Shown: positions 9,599-20,574 of the stretch, piece by piece
How positions within the stretch are numbered: position 1 is the first letter of the stretch
How the letters are laid out: the number at the start of each line of letters is the position of its first letter
Sequence record: SRR20825019_200
Length of the DNA: 64,000 nucleotides
Reading direction: 5' to 3' (one strand)
Program-made: the position numbers and the translations under genes
Notes under the pieces: generated by a model
Database searches by the model: none
The model's input: only the letters and a program-made list of their open reading frames with translations
Told to the model about the DNA's origin: nothing

Positions 9599-10279
9599 AT
9601 GGCAGTGAATGGCGTGGGTGATAACCCCTATGGCTTTCTTAACGGTCAGACATCCGGCAGCACAAATGAGACCAAAGATACCGGTCAGCTGGCGCTGGAA
9701 GACTTTATGTCGCTGATGACCACCCAACTTAAAAACCAGGACCCGCTGAAACCGATGGAGAGTGGTGATTTTCTGGGGCAGATAGCCTCATTCGGTACCG
9801 TCAGCGGTATTGCCGATTTACAGGATTCCTTCTCCAGCTTTGCCAAGGCGATGCAGTCTGATCAGGCACTGCAGGGCTCTTCTCTGGTGGGGCGTTCAGT
9901 ACTGGTTCCTTCGTCAATAGGCTATATGACGCCGGATGGTGGTCTGAATGGCCAAATCAACGTGGCCGAACCGGTCACCGATTTGAAAGTGAAAGTTTAT
10001 AACGAAGCGGGTGTGGCTGTGAAAACACTCGATATGGGTGGCGCCTCCGGCTACACCAACTTCACCTGGGATGGTTTCGACGATAACGGCAAGGCGATGC
10101 CGGAAGGTGTGTATCAGTTTAAGGCAACCGGTACGGTCAACGGTGAAAATACCGCCTTTGCAACCGCAACCATTTCCAAAGTTTCCAGTGTTCTGGTGGG
10201 CTCGGGGAGCCAGGGTTTAACAGTGAATCTCGCGGGTATCGGTTCAGTACCGTTCAGCGAAGTACAAGAAATTATCTAA
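9599..10279 (+). CDS. flgD: Hook cap FlgD
   Basis: FMSLMTTQLKNQDPLKP, FTWDG. Confidence 0.96.
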   Translation: MAVNGVGDNPYGFLNGQTSGSTNETKDTGQLALEDFMSLMTTQLKNQDPLKPMESGDFLGQIASFGTVSGIADLQDSFSSFAKAMQSDQALQGSSLVGRSVLVPSSIGYMTPDGGLNGQINVAEPVTDLKVKVYNEAGVAVKTLDMGGASGYTNFTWDGFDDNGKAMPEGVYQFKATGTVNGENTAFATATISKVSSVLVGSGSQGLTVNLAGIGSVPFSEVQEII

Positions 10280-10286
10280 GGAGGAC

Positions 10287-11645
10287 ATGACTATGTCTTT
10301 TAGCACAGCATTAAGCGGTTTGAACGCAGCTACAGCGGACCTGAATGTTAAATCCAATAACATTGCCAACGTCAACACGACTGGTTTTAAACAATCCCGT
10401 GCCGAATTTGGTGATGTCTTCGCCGTTTCAGCATTTGGCTCGACCAGCAGTACAGCTATCGGTAATGGTGCGGTACTGCAGCAAGTTGCACAGCAGTTCA
10501 GCCAGGGTAACCTGGAATTCACTGATAACGCACTGGATCTCGCTATTAGCGGTGAGGGTTTCTTTGCCATGGCACCGGAAATCGACAGCGGCGAAGTCAT
10601 CTATACTCGTGCCGGTGAGTTCGGTGTCAATAAAGATGGTTACATCGTTTCCAACGAGGGCTGGTATTTGCGGGCTTTCCCTGTTAACAGCGATGGTCAG
10701 ATATCTGCGACCAGTATGAATGCCACCGGCCCAATTCAATTGCCGCCTTCGGTGGGCGCGCCGGAAGCGACAACCAATTTGAGTATTTCGACCAATTTGC
10801 CATCCACATCGCCGGGTATTGATGATGGTGCTGGTGGTTTGCTGGCGATCGACCCGAATGATCCGGATTCTTACAGCTTTTCTACTTCAGCGACCGTCTA
10901 CGACTCTCTGGGTAACGAGCATGTTGTAACCACCTACTATCAGCATATTGATTCCAATGCCGATGATGGCGGCGGTGCAGTCGGTGATAATCAGTGGCAA
11001 ATGGCCGCTTATATTGATGGTGGTGAAGTAAAAGGGGGCACCCCCGGTACACCTTTTGCGCTGGAAACTGACGCCCGTATCAGCTTTAATGCTGACGGTA
11101 CGCTGTCTTCAGTTGATTCCGACCCTGGTACAGCGGCAATTGATCCCATTACCCTGAGCTTTACCGATACCACCACGTCCGAGTGGGCCAGTGGTGCGCA
11201 AACTCAGTCAATCACGCTGTCTCTGAATGGTTCCACCCAGAACTCCGGCGCTTTTAATGTCGGTGCTTTGACCGTGAACGGTTTCCCGACAGGTCGTCTG
11301 ACCGGTGTCGATGTCAGTGAAGAAGGCCTGATTCGTGCCACCTACAGTAATGGTCAGGCTGTGCCGATCGGCAAAATTGCCCTCGGTGATTTTGCTAACC
11401 CACAAGCGCTGAACAAAATCGGCAGCACGGCCTGGAAAGAAACCACTGACTCTGGCCCGGTAATTGCCGGTGAAGCTTCAACCGGTAGTTTTGGTCAGGT
11501 TCAGGCGGGCGCTTTGGAAACTTCCAATGTTGATTTGACCAAGGAACTCGTCGGGTTGATTACCGCCCAGCGTAACTTCCAGGCTAACTCGAAAGCCATT
11601 GAGACCAACAACGCTATAACCCAGACCATTATCAACCTGCGTTAA
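10287..11645 (+). CDS. flgE: Hook protein FlgE
   Basis: [41 protein letters not shown]. Confidence 0.97.
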   Translation: MTMSFSTALSGLNAATADLNVKSNNIANVNTTGFKQSRAEFGDVFAVSAFGSTSSTAIGNGAVLQQVAQQFSQGNLEFTDNALDLAISGEGFFAMAPEIDSGEVIYTRAGEFGVNKDGYIVSNEGWYLRAFPVNSDGQISATSMNATGPIQLPPSVGAPEATTNLSISTNLPSTSPGIDDGAGGLLAIDPNDPDSYSFSTSATVYDSLGNEHVVTTYYQHIDSNADDGGGAVGDNQWQMAAYIDGGEVKGGTPGTPFALETDARISFNADGTLSSVDSDPGTAAIDPITLSFTDTTTSEWASGAQTQSITLSLNGSTQNSGAFNVGALTVNGFPTGRLTGVDVSEEGLIRATYSNGQAVPIGKIALGDFANPQALNKIGSTAWKETTDSGPVIAGEASTGSFGQVQAGALETSNVDLTKELVGLITAQRNFQANSKAIETNNAITQTIINLR

Positions 11646-11655
11646 GTTCGGCTTT

Positions 11656-11686
11656 AACCCCACTCAAAATTTTGAGTGGGGTTTTT
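11656..11686 (+). terminator. Terminator after flgE (perfect 28-bp palindrome)
   Basis: AACCCCACTCAAAA/TTTTGAGTGGGGTT followed by TTT. Confidence 0.8.
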
Positions 11687-11692
11687 GCAAAC

Positions 11693-11708
11693 TGGAACGA
11701 AAACTGCT
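11693..11708 (+). promoter_or_regulatory. sigma54 promoter of flgF
   Basis: TGGAAC-GAAAA-CTGCT. Confidence 0.75.
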
Positions 11709-11767
11709 TCACATAATTCAGCACACTTTTTTGACTGCCAGTCATTTTGTTATCAGAGGCAATTGCT

Positions 11768-12511
11768 ATGGACCGTAGTCTTTTTATCGCCATGAACGCC
11801 GCCCAGCAGACCATGCAGGCACAGGCGACCAATGCCAATAATCTGGCCAATATCAATACCACAGGTTTCCGTGCGGATTTCGAACAGTTCCGTAGCATGC
11901 CGGTGTTTGGCGAAGGTTTGCCGACACGCGTTTATTCAATGACCGAAAGACCAGGCACCGATTACCAGCAGGGCTCGGTCCAGTCGACCGGGCGTGAACT
12001 CGATATCTCGGTTCAGGGCGAAGGCTTTATTGCCGTACAGGGTAAAGATGGCCGGGAAGGGTATACCCGTGCCGGTGACCTGCAGATTACCGAAACCGGT
12101 CAGTTAGTGACTGGCACCGGTCTGGCGGTAATGGGTGAGGGTGGTCCGATTGCGATTCCGCCTGCAGAAAAAGTCGAAATTGGCAGTGACGGTACGATTT
12201 CAATTCGCCCTATCGGTGAAGCCGCCAACGCGCTGGCTGTTTTGGACCGAATCAAACTGGTGAAGCCGGATCTGCAACAGGTCATCAAAGATAATGATGG
12301 TTTGCTGCGGATGCGTGATGGCAGTGATGCCCCGCTGGATGCGACCGTGACAGTGTCTTCCGGTACGCTGGAAAGCAGTAATGTCAATGCGGTCGGCGCG
12401 CTGGTCAAAATGATAGAGCTGCAGCGGCAGTATGAAATGCAGGTCAAGATGATGAAAACCACGCAGGAAAACAGCGCCGCTTCGGCACGTTTAATGCAGA
12501 TGAATGGTTAA
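11768..12511 (+). CDS. flgF: Rod protein FlgF
   Basis: MDRSLFIAM, NLANINTTGFRAD, YTRAGDL, LESSNVN. Confidence 0.96.
   Translation: MDRSLFIAMNAAQQTMQAQATNANNLANINTTGFRADFEQFRSMPVFGEGLPTRVYSMTERPGTDYQQGSVQSTGRELDISVQGEGFIAVQGKDGREGYTRAGDLQITETGQLVTGTGLAVMGEGGPIAIPPAEKVEIGSDGTISIRPIGEAANALAVLDRIKLVKPDLQQVIKDNDGLLRMRDGSDAPLDATVTVSSGTLESSNVNAVGALVKMIELQRQYEMQVKMMKTTQENSAASARLMQMNG
12483..12498 (+). promoter_or_regulatory. sigma54 promoter of flgG (inside the flgF 3' end)
   Basis: CGGCAC-GTTTA-ATGCA; degenerate CGGCAA-TTT-TTACCG site downstream at 12522-12536. Confidence 0.65.
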
Positions 12512-12562
12512 CCGCCCAAAGCGGCAATTTTTACCGCCCGGCGTGACAGTAGGAGTTAAATT

Positions 12563-13348
12563 ATGAATCAGGCTTTATGGATTGCAAAAACCGGCCTTGA
12601 TGCCCAGCAAACCCGGATGTCAGTGATTTCCAATAACCTGGCAAACGTTAACACCACCGGTTTTAAACAGGATCGGGCGGTGTTCGAGGATCTGCTTTAT
12701 CAGACCATTCGTCAGCCCGGTGCCCAGTCATCAGCCAGCACGCAGTTGCCTTCCGGCTTGATGGTCGGTACCGGTGTCCGCACTGTTGCCACTGAAAAAG
12801 TGCACACCCAGGGTAATATTCAGCAGACGCAGAATGCGCTGGATATCGCGATACAGGGGCGTGGTTTTTTCCAGATCCTGATGCCGGACGGCACCCTGTC
12901 CTATACCCGTGACGGTACTTTCCAGCTGGATAATACTGGTCAGGTAGTGATGTCCAACGGTTATCCGCTGGAGCCGGGCATCACGATCCCGGAAGATGCC
13001 CAGAGTATTACCATCGGCTCTGACGGCACCGTCAGTGTCCTCCAGGCTGGTGATGCTGAACCAACGATTGTTGGTAATCTGGACTTGGCTGACTTTGTGA
13101 ATCCGACCGGGCTGCAACCGATTGGTGAGAACCTGTTCAGAGAGTCCGGTGCCAGTGGTCCGCCGCTTCTGGGTACACCGGGTCTGGATGGCTTTGGCAC
13201 AACCGTTGGTGGTGCCTTGGAAACTTCCAACGTCAATGTGGTGACTGAACTAATAAATATGATCGAAACCCAGAGAGCTTACGAGATGAATTCGAAAGCG
13301 ATCTCGACTTCCGATCAGATGCTGCAATACGCCAGCCAGAATCTTTAA
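12563..13348 (+). CDS. flgG: Distal rod protein FlgG
   Basis: [31 protein letters not shown]. Confidence 0.98.
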   Translation: MNQALWIAKTGLDAQQTRMSVISNNLANVNTTGFKQDRAVFEDLLYQTIRQPGAQSSASTQLPSGLMVGTGVRTVATEKVHTQGNIQQTQNALDIAIQGRGFFQILMPDGTLSYTRDGTFQLDNTGQVVMSNGYPLEPGITIPEDAQSITIGSDGTVSVLQAGDAEPTIVGNLDLADFVNPTGLQPIGENLFRESGASGPPLLGTPGLDGFGTTVGGALETSNVNVVTELINMIETQRAYEMNSKAISTSDQMLQYASQNL

Positions 13349-13362
13349 TTTCTCTCTCATTT

Positions 13363-13389
13363 AGCCGGCCATTTTTGGCCGGCTTTTTT
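13363..13389 (+). terminator. Intrinsic terminator after flgG
   Basis: AGCCGGCCA-tttt-TGGCCGGCT followed by TTTTT. Confidence 0.85.
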
Positions 13390-13469
13390 ATGTTTAGGGC
13401 TTGCTTCCCTAGCACCCACATAACTGCTATGACTGAAAAAGCGTCAAACAAGCTCTGTCTATCATCTTC

Positions 13470-13485
13470 TGGCACAAAGTCTGCA
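13470..13485 (+). promoter_or_regulatory. sigma54 promoter of flgHIJ
   Basis: TGGCAC-AAAGT-CTGCA. Confidence 0.82.
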
Positions 13486-13522
13486 AGCATCTCTCTGCAA
13501 AGCTTTTTTGTGGAGAGTCATA

Positions 13523-14227
13523 ATGAAATTTACGGTGCCACTTATATTGTTGTCCGCCGCGTTGCTCGCGGGCTGTAACAGCAATACCGTCAAGCGCGAC
13601 CCGGCTTACGCCGCCGTGCGTCCGGTACCAACACAGCAAGAAGAAAGAAATGACGGTGCGATTTTTGACGCCCGTAATAACATCGCGCTGTTCGAAGATT
13701 ACCGCGCCCGTCGCGTCGGCGATATTTTGACGGTCAGACTGGAAGAACAGACCGATGCCGAGAAAGAGACCGAAACCACGGTCAGCAAGAACAATAACAC
13801 CAGTATTGCCAACCCCACTATTTTTGGCGCCAGCCCGCAGTTTAGTCTGCCCAGTCAGCTTCCTCTGGATAACACCAGCAACAATAATCTGGCGTTTGGT
13901 TTTGGTTCCGAGCACGACTTTGAAGGCGAAGGTGAGAGCGAACAGAACAACCTGCTGTCAGGCAATGTCAGCGTTTCCGTCGTAGAAGTGCTGGCGAACG
14001 GCAATATGGTTATCCGCGGTGAAAAAGTCATCACCATCAATCAGGGCAATGAATATATCCGCCTCTCCGGTATTGTCAGTCCGCGCGATATCGAGGCAGA
14101 TAATTCTATCTCGTCGATAAGAATTGCCGATGCCCAGATTGCTTATGTGGGTGACGGTCCAACTAATGATGCCAATGTGATGGGCTGGCTCAGCCGTTTC
14201 TTTGTCAGCGCCCTGATGCCGTTCTGA
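13523..14227 (+). CDS. flgH: L-ring lipoprotein FlgH
   Basis: Lipobox [27 protein letters not shown]. Confidence 0.97.
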   Translation: MKFTVPLILLSAALLAGCNSNTVKRDPAYAAVRPVPTQQEERNDGAIFDARNNIALFEDYRARRVGDILTVRLEEQTDAEKETETTVSKNNNTSIANPTIFGASPQFSLPSQLPLDNTSNNNLAFGFGSEHDFEGEGESEQNNLLSGNVSVSVVEVLANGNMVIRGEKVITINQGNEYIRLSGIVSPRDIEADNSISSIRIADAQIAYVGDGPTNDANVMGWLSRFFVSALMPF

Positions 14228-14235
14228 GGATAAGT

Positions 14236-15330
14236 ATGATGAATCTCAAATTTATATTGGCTACATTGCTTTTGACGGTATCCGGTCTGGCTCAGGCTGA
14301 ACGCGTCAAGGATCTGGCTTCCATTGCCGGGGTCCGTTCTAACCAGTTGATCGGTTACGGTCTGGTAGTCGGTCTTGATGGCAGTGGCGATAAAACCAAG
14401 TTTACCGGGCAGAGCCTGCGTAACTTCCTGGTGGAAATGGGCATTAATATCCCGCCCGGTACCGATCCGAAAAGTAAAAATGTGGCGGCGGTGTCGGTGC
14501 ATGCCGATTTACCGCCGTTTGTGAAACCCGGTCAGACTATTGATGTGACCGTTTCCTCGCTGGGAGATGCCAAAAGCCTTCGTGGCGGCAGTCTTTTAAT
14601 GACACCGCTGAAAGGTGCCGATGGCAATATCTACGCGATGGCGCAGGGCAATCTGGTTGTCGGTGGTTTTGGCGCTGATGCCGGTGATGGCTCACGGGTA
14701 ACGGTTAATATTCCCAGCGCCGGCCGGGTACCGAACGGTGCCACTGTCGAACGTGCGGTGAAAAATGCCTTTAATGTGGGCGATCATCTTGTGTTGAACC
14801 TTCACCGTCCCGATTTCACTACGGCCAGCCGTCTGACTGATGCGATTAACCATACGCTGGGCAAAGGCACCGCTAACTCGGTGGATGCCTCTTCAATCAG
14901 AGTGAATGCGCCGCGAGATCCGAGTCAGCGTGTACCTTTCCTGTCTTTGGTGGAAAACCTGGAGTTGAGTCCGGGCGAAGCGCCGGCGCGTGTCGTTGTC
15001 AACTCACGCAGTGGTACCGTCGTTATTGGTCAACATGTCCGGGTGACACCAGCTGCAGTCACCCATGGCAATCTGTCTGTAACCATTTCGGCTAATCCCG
15101 AGGTCAGTCAGCCTAATCCGCTGTCGCAGGGGCAGACCGTGGTCACCCCGAATTACGATATTGAAATCAGTGAAGAAGACAGCCGCATGTTTGTCTTTGA
15201 CCCGGGCGTGTCGCTGGATGAAATTGTCCGAGCCGTTAATCAGGTTGGTGCCGCACCGGGCGATCTGGTTGCGATTCTGGAAGCGCTGAAACAGGCCGGT
15301 GCATTACGCGCTGAGTTAGTGGTTATCTAA
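14236..15330 (+). CDS. flgI: P-ring protein FlgI
   Basis: [33 protein letters not shown]. Confidence 0.98.
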   Translation: MMNLKFILATLLLTVSGLAQAERVKDLASIAGVRSNQLIGYGLVVGLDGSGDKTKFTGQSLRNFLVEMGINIPPGTDPKSKNVAAVSVHADLPPFVKPGQTIDVTVSSLGDAKSLRGGSLLMTPLKGADGNIYAMAQGNLVVGGFGADAGDGSRVTVNIPSAGRVPNGATVERAVKNAFNVGDHLVLNLHRPDFTTASRLTDAINHTLGKGTANSVDASSIRVNAPRDPSQRVPFLSLVENLELSPGEAPARVVVNSRSGTVVIGQHVRVTPAAVTHGNLSVTISANPEVSQPNPLSQGQTVVTPNYDIEISEEDSRMFVFDPGVSLDEIVRAVNQVGAAPGDLVAILEALKQAGALRAELVVI

Positions 15331-15332
15331 CC

Positions 15333-16307
15333 ATGGCGCTGGAATCCAAAATCGCCCAGTCTGCGATCGATTTTCATGGCCTCAACCAGCTTCGCCAGCA
15401 GGCGGGGCAGGGTCGGGATGAACAGCAGACCCTGCGCCAGGTAGCCGGCCAGTTTGAGTCATTGTTTGTAAACATGATGCTCAAATCGATGCGTCAGGCC
15501 AGCCTGGCAGAAGGCCTGTTTGATTCTGAACAAAGCAAAATGTATCAGGATATGGCTGACCAGCAGCTGGCTTCCGATCTGTCGATGCGTGGTGGTCTTG
15601 GCTTGCAGGATGTGATTATGCGTCAGTTAGGTGGTGAGCGTTATGCCAGCGGTACTGAAGCCAGGCCCGGGCAGACTTTCAGTATTGATACCGTGACTGT
15701 CCGGCCTTCGCTGGGTATCAAGGTGAATGAAAAGATTATTGAACAGATCCGCGAAGCCAGACCGAAGCCGCTGGCAGACGATCAAGAGGTTGTGGAAATC
15801 GATATGGCGGATATGCCGCAACGGTTCAACTCACCGGATGAATTTGTAGAAAAACTCTGGCCTTATGCTGAACGCGCGGCTGACAAACTGGGCGTAGCAC
15901 CGGAAGTGATTCTGTCACAGGCCGCACTGGAAACCGGCTGGGGTAAATATATTCTGGCCGACAAGCAGGGCAGCAGCTTCAATCTGTTCAATATCAAAGC
16001 GCATCGCTGGGATGGTGAGACGGTAGCGAAAAATGCCCTTGAGTATCGAGGTGGCAAGACGCTGCATGAGCAATCGCAGTTCCGTGCGTACGATTCCTAT
16101 CAGCAGAGTTTTGATGATTATGTACAGTTTTTACAAACTCAGCCCCGTTACAGTGAAGCCCTGCAGCATGTCGGCGATGCCGATGCTTTCATCGAACAAT
16201 TACACAAAGCTGGTTATGCGACCGATCCGCAATATGCCGACAAGATTAAACGCATTATGAACAGTGACACGTTGGCACAGATTTCGCTTGATGAATCCTA
16301 TCTGTGA
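15333..16307 (+). CDS. flgJ: Rod cap / peptidoglycan hydrolase FlgJ
   Basis: QFESLFVNMMLKSMR rod-binding region; QAALETGWG, NLFNIKA and GYATDPQYA muramidase motifs. Confidence 0.96.
   Translation: MALESKIAQSAIDFHGLNQLRQQAGQGRDEQQTLRQVAGQFESLFVNMMLKSMRQASLAEGLFDSEQSKMYQDMADQQLASDLSMRGGLGLQDVIMRQLGGERYASGTEARPGQTFSIDTVTVRPSLGIKVNEKIIEQIREARPKPLADDQEVVEIDMADMPQRFNSPDEFVEKLWPYAERAADKLGVAPEVILSQAALETGWGKYILADKQGSSFNLFNIKAHRWDGETVAKNALEYRGGKTLHEQSQFRAYDSYQQSFDDYVQFLQTQPRYSEALQHVGDADAFIEQLHKAGYATDPQYADKIKRIMNSDTLAQISLDESYL
16273..16288 (+). promoter_or_regulatory. sigma54 promoter of flgKL (inside the flgJ 3' end)
   Basis: TGGCAC-AGATT-TCGCT. Confidence 0.7.
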
Positions 16308-16338
16308 CGGTCGTTACATATAATGTGAGGAAACAACA

Positions 16339-17775
16339 ATGAGCTTATTAGGCATCGGTACTTCAGCTCTACTGACATCTCAGGGCAATCTTGCTACCAC
16401 AAGCCACAACATAAGCAATGTCAACACTGAGGGCTATACGCGTCAGCGGGTTGATCAATCGACTCGTATCCCTAACTTCTCCGGTGACCAGTATTTTGGT
16501 ACCGGTGTACAGATTTCCTCCGTAGGACGGATATATGACAATTTTCTGGCGAGCCAGGTCAGAACCTATACATCCCAGGAAGCACAGCAAAATACCTATA
16601 TGACCTACTCTCAGCAGGTCGACGACTTGCTGGGTGCCGGTGATCTGAGTATCAGCTCAGGTTTAAGCGCGTTTTTTAACGCTGCCAATGAGGTGGCTGA
16701 CGATCCGACGTCTATCGCCGCCAGACAGTTGATGATGACTCAGGGTGACTTGCTGGCCAATCGTTTTAATACGATGGACACCCGGCTGACGCAACTGGAT
16801 TCACAGATAGATTACGACCTCACGGTCTCAGTGGATGAAATCAATAATATTTCCAAAGGTATTGCCGATCTGAATCAGGCGATCACCGAAGCCCGGGGAC
16901 AGGGTGCAGAACCCAATGATTTGCTGGATCAGCGGGACAGGCTGATCACCGAGTTATCAGGCTTGGTATCAGTGACAGCCATTGAACAATCCAATGGTTC
17001 GGTCAATATTCTGGTGGGTAATGGCCAGGCGCTGGTCGCAGGTGTGTCCAATGTCAGGTTGTCGACTATCACCGATAATTCAACCTCACCTCCCCGATTA
17101 GGCGTTGGCTTTGGTAATAATCAAATTAATATCACGTCACAATTAACGGGTGGTAAGGTCGGTGGCGCACTGGAGTTTCGCCGAAATACGGTGGATGATA
17201 CCCGGGCAGAGCTCGATCTGCTGGCGCAATCGGTCGTTGAGGGCATTAATGCGGTTCACAATAATGCCACCAATATTGCCGATGGAGGGCAGGGCTCAGT
17301 TGATCTGGATGGCAATGATGGTGTTGATTTCTTCAACCCGGCAAATATTACCGCTGCTTCTATTTCGATGGCAATCTCTGACCCCCGTCAGATTGCGGCC
17401 TCGTCCAAATTCGACGCAGCGACGGGTACTGTCAATATTTCAGGTCCGGGTAATAACGAAAATGCACTGGCACTGGCCAATCTGGAGCAGGATAAGACAC
17501 TGGTTCAGGTTTCTCCCGGTGTGACCCGGTCACTGTCAGAGCAATATAGTGTGTTGGTTTCCGATGTGGCAACACGTACTCGCCAGGCTGAAGTCAGTCA
17601 GGAAACGCAGCTGGCCCTGTTACAACAAACCAAACAACGCTTTGACGCGGTAGGTGGCGTTAATCTTGATGAAGAGGCAGCGCAGTTGATTAAGTATCAG
17701 CAATCCTATCAGGCTGCCTCACAAATCATCGTGGTATCCAATACTATTTTCCAGTCACTGATTAACGCAGTGTAG
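16339..17775 (+). CDS. flgK: Hook-associated protein FlgK
   Basis: HNISNVNTEGYTRQ, NDLLDQRD, GVNLDEEA. Confidence 0.97.
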   Translation: MSLLGIGTSALLTSQGNLATTSHNISNVNTEGYTRQRVDQSTRIPNFSGDQYFGTGVQISSVGRIYDNFLASQVRTYTSQEAQQNTYMTYSQQVDDLLGAGDLSISSGLSAFFNAANEVADDPTSIAARQLMMTQGDLLANRFNTMDTRLTQLDSQIDYDLTVSVDEINNISKGIADLNQAITEARGQGAEPNDLLDQRDRLITELSGLVSVTAIEQSNGSVNILVGNGQALVAGVSNVRLSTITDNSTSPPRLGVGFGNNQINITSQLTGGKVGGALEFRRNTVDDTRAELDLLAQSVVEGINAVHNNATNIADGGQGSVDLDGNDGVDFFNPANITAASISMAISDPRQIAASSKFDAATGTVNISGPGNNENALALANLEQDKTLVQVSPGVTRSLSEQYSVLVSDVATRTRQAEVSQETQLALLQQTKQRFDAVGGVNLDEEAAQLIKYQQSYQAASQIIVVSNTIFQSLINAV

Positions 17776-17784
17776 GAGCATCAT

Positions 17785-18690
17785 ATGCGTATTTCCACGT
17801 CATACATTCAACAGCAGAGCGTTGATACCATGCTGCGCCAGCAAAAGCAGCTGGCAGATACACAGTTGCAGGTTTCAACCGGACAGCGCGTACTGTCGCC
17901 CTCAGACGACCCCATTGCCGCAGTCAAGATCCTCGGGCTGGAACGGGAAAAGAATATCAATGAGCAATATCTGCTCAATGCCGATGTAGCCGAAGCTAAA
18001 ATATCCAAAGCCGAAACAACGCTGAGCAGTGCGACTGACCTGATTCAGCGTATTCGGGAACTGGCAATACAGGGGCTGAATGATTCCAATGATGCCTCGG
18101 CCAGGGCCGGTATTGCTGAAGAGGTGCGTGAGTTAAATAAAAGTCTGGTCAGTCTGGCCAACACCACCGATGCGAATGGTGAATATCTGTTTTCAGGTTA
18201 TCAATCATTTACCCAGGCTTTCGATCCCACAACCTTCGCCTACAACGGCGACAGTGGTGAGCGTCATTTACGGGTTGGCAGTGATTACACGGTTGAAGTG
18301 AATGAGCCGGGTGATGCTATTTTTGTACAGACCAATGCTGATGCCAGTGTTCAGTCAATTTTTCAGACCATTGATGACTTTGCCACCGCATTGAGCACTA
18401 ACACAGTGGGCACCGCACCTAATGACGGTGAGTTTCTGGATAATATGAACACATCCATTGACTCCCTGACCTCAGCCAGAGCGAGAATGGGTTCAAAAAT
18501 GAATGCCATTGATCAGCAACGATCCATTAATAACGATGGCTTGACCAGCCTCGATACCAGTCTCACCAAACTTAAAGATCTGGATTACGCAGAAGCGATT
18601 TCCAGATTAAACGCTCAAACCACCGGCTTGCAGGCAGCACAGCAGGCTTATGTGAAAGTGCAAGGACTGTCCCTGTTCAATTTTTTATGA
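17785..18690 (+). CDS. flgL: Hook-associated protein FlgL
   Basis: MRIST, PSDDP, GEYLFSG, LSLFNFL. Confidence 0.97.
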   Translation: MRISTSYIQQQSVDTMLRQQKQLADTQLQVSTGQRVLSPSDDPIAAVKILGLEREKNINEQYLLNADVAEAKISKAETTLSSATDLIQRIRELAIQGLNDSNDASARAGIAEEVRELNKSLVSLANTTDANGEYLFSGYQSFTQAFDPTTFAYNGDSGERHLRVGSDYTVEVNEPGDAIFVQTNADASVQSIFQTIDDFATALSTNTVGTAPNDGEFLDNMNTSIDSLTSARARMGSKMNAIDQQRSINNDGLTSLDTSLTKLKDLDYAEAISRLNAQTTGLQAAQQAYVKVQGLSLFNFL

Positions 18691-18727
18691 AACACTTGAC
18701 GCTGTTTAGCCATAGTTGATTGTTCAA

Positions 18728-19501
18728 ATGAAAGCAGTAATTCTGGCAGGTGGCCTTGGCACAAGAATCAGCGAAGAATCAGTAAACAAACCTAAACCCA
18801 TGATCGAAATCGGCGGTAAGCCGATCCTCTGGCATATTATGAAAATCTATTCTCACCACGGGGTGAATGATTTCATTATCTGTTGCGGGTACAAGGGCTA
18901 TTTAATTAAGGAATACTTCGCGAATTATTTTTTGCATATGTCCGATGTGACCTTTGATATGCAAAACAATAAGATGCATGTTCACGAAGCCCATGCCGAA
19001 CCCTGGAAAGTCACACTGGTCGATACTGGTGATAGCAGTATGACTGGTGGGCGTATCCGTCGTATCGCCGATTATGTCCGTGACGATGAGGCATTTTGCC
19101 TGACTTATGGTGATGGGGTGGGCAATATTGATGTCGGCGCCAGTATCGCTTTTCACCAGCAGCACAAACGGCTGGCCACAGTGACGGCAGCCTACCCCCA
19201 GGCGAAATTTGGTGCCCTGGACATTGAAGGCGACCGGGTCGCGCATTTTCAGGAAAAACCCAAAGGTGATAACGGCATGGTCAGTGCTGGCTTTTTTGTT
19301 CTGTCGCCCAAGGTCATTGATTATATCGCGGGTGATGAAACCAGCTGGGAAGCCAGTCCACTGCAGAATCTGGCGATAGATGATCAACTCTCGGTTTTTC
19401 GACATGATCGGTTCTGGCAGCCCATGGATACATTGCGGGACAAACAACACCTGGAACAGCTCTGGCAGTCCGGCAAGGCGCCGTGGAAAGTGTGGTCATG
19501 A
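18728..19501 (+). CDS. rfbF: Glucose-1-phosphate cytidylyltransferase
   Basis: [44 protein letters not shown]. Confidence 0.96.
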   Translation: MKAVILAGGLGTRISEESVNKPKPMIEIGGKPILWHIMKIYSHHGVNDFIICCGYKGYLIKEYFANYFLHMSDVTFDMQNNKMHVHEAHAEPWKVTLVDTGDSSMTGGRIRRIADYVRDDEAFCLTYGDGVGNIDVGASIAFHQQHKRLATVTAAYPQAKFGALDIEGDRVAHFQEKPKGDNGMVSAGFFVLSPKVIDYIAGDETSWEASPLQNLAIDDQLSVFRHDRFWQPMDTLRDKQHLEQLWQSGKAPWKVWS

Positions 19502-20574
19502 ATAGTCGCTTCTGGTCAGGTCGCCGGGTGTTTATTACCGGCCACACCGGTTTTAAAGGTGCCTGGCTGGGTTACTGGTTAAGGCAGATGGGAGCGGACG
19601 TACGTGGCTATGCACTGGCCCCGGAACAGTCACCGGCATTGTTTGATGTTTTGCAGCTGGATAAGGATATGCCTTCTCCGTATGCCGATATCAATGCGCT
19701 GGCAACACTCAAAACAACCATCAGGCAGTTCGAACCTGAGGTCGTCTTTCATATGGCCGCGCAATCGCTGGTCAAACCCTCGTATGAATTTCCGGTACAG
19801 ACTTATCAGACCAATGTGATGGGCACCGTGAATCTGCTTGAGAGTGTGCGCGAGTTGCCCTCGGTGAAGGCCGTGGTCGTGGTTACGTCAGACAAATGTT
19901 ACGAGAATCTGGAACGTGAATGGCCATACCGCGAAAGCGATCGTCTCGGCGGTCATGACCCCTACAGTAACAGCAAGGCCTGCGCCGAGCTGGTGACGGC
20001 TTCCTATCGCGCTTCCTTTTTCCAGCAGTCAGCAACAGCCGTGGCCAGTGTGAGGGCTGGTAATGTGATTGGTGGTGGTGACTGGTCAGCGCACCGTTTG
20101 CTGCCGGATATTATCCGGGCCTGGCAGTCAGGTCAGACTTTGCCGGTCAGGAACCCGGAAGCGGTGCGACCCTGGCAACATGTGCTGGATCCACTGTCAG
20201 GTTACCTTATGCTGGCTGAGCGACTGGTTGAAGAAGGCCAGACTTACGCCCGGGCCTGGAATTTTGGCCCCCTGCAGCAGGCCATGCAGCCGGTTCGCAG
20301 GCTGGTTGAGGCTGCGGTAGAAGAATGCAGCGGTTTTGCCTGGAAGGCTGAACCCCAACCCGAGCATCATGAAGCGCAACTGCTGATGCTGGATTGTAGC
20401 ATGGCCCAAAAAGAATTGGGCTGGCGACCCCAATGGTCACTGGAGCAAGGCCTGGAAAAAACCTTTGCCTGGTACCGGGCCTTTTATGAGGGTGACGATA
20501 TGCGTGCGATCTGCGACCAGCAGATTGAAGCTTTCGTTAACCAAGCGCCCCAGAGCAATAGGGCAATGTTATGA
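19498..20574 (+). CDS. rfbG: CDP-glucose 4,6-dehydratase
   Basis: [36 protein letters not shown]. Confidence 0.96.
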   Translation: MNSRFWSGRRVFITGHTGFKGAWLGYWLRQMGADVRGYALAPEQSPALFDVLQLDKDMPSPYADINALATLKTTIRQFEPEVVFHMAAQSLVKPSYEFPVQTYQTNVMGTVNLLESVRELPSVKAVVVVTSDKCYENLEREWPYRESDRLGGHDPYSNSKACAELVTASYRASFFQQSATAVASVRAGNVIGGGDWSAHRLLPDIIRAWQSGQTLPVRNPEAVRPWQHVLDPLSGYLMLAERLVEEGQTYARAWNFGPLQQAMQPVRRLVEAAVEECSGFAWKAEPQPEHHEAQLLMLDCSMAQKELGWRPQWSLEQGLEKTFAWYRAFYEGDDMRAICDQQIEAFVNQAPQSNRAML

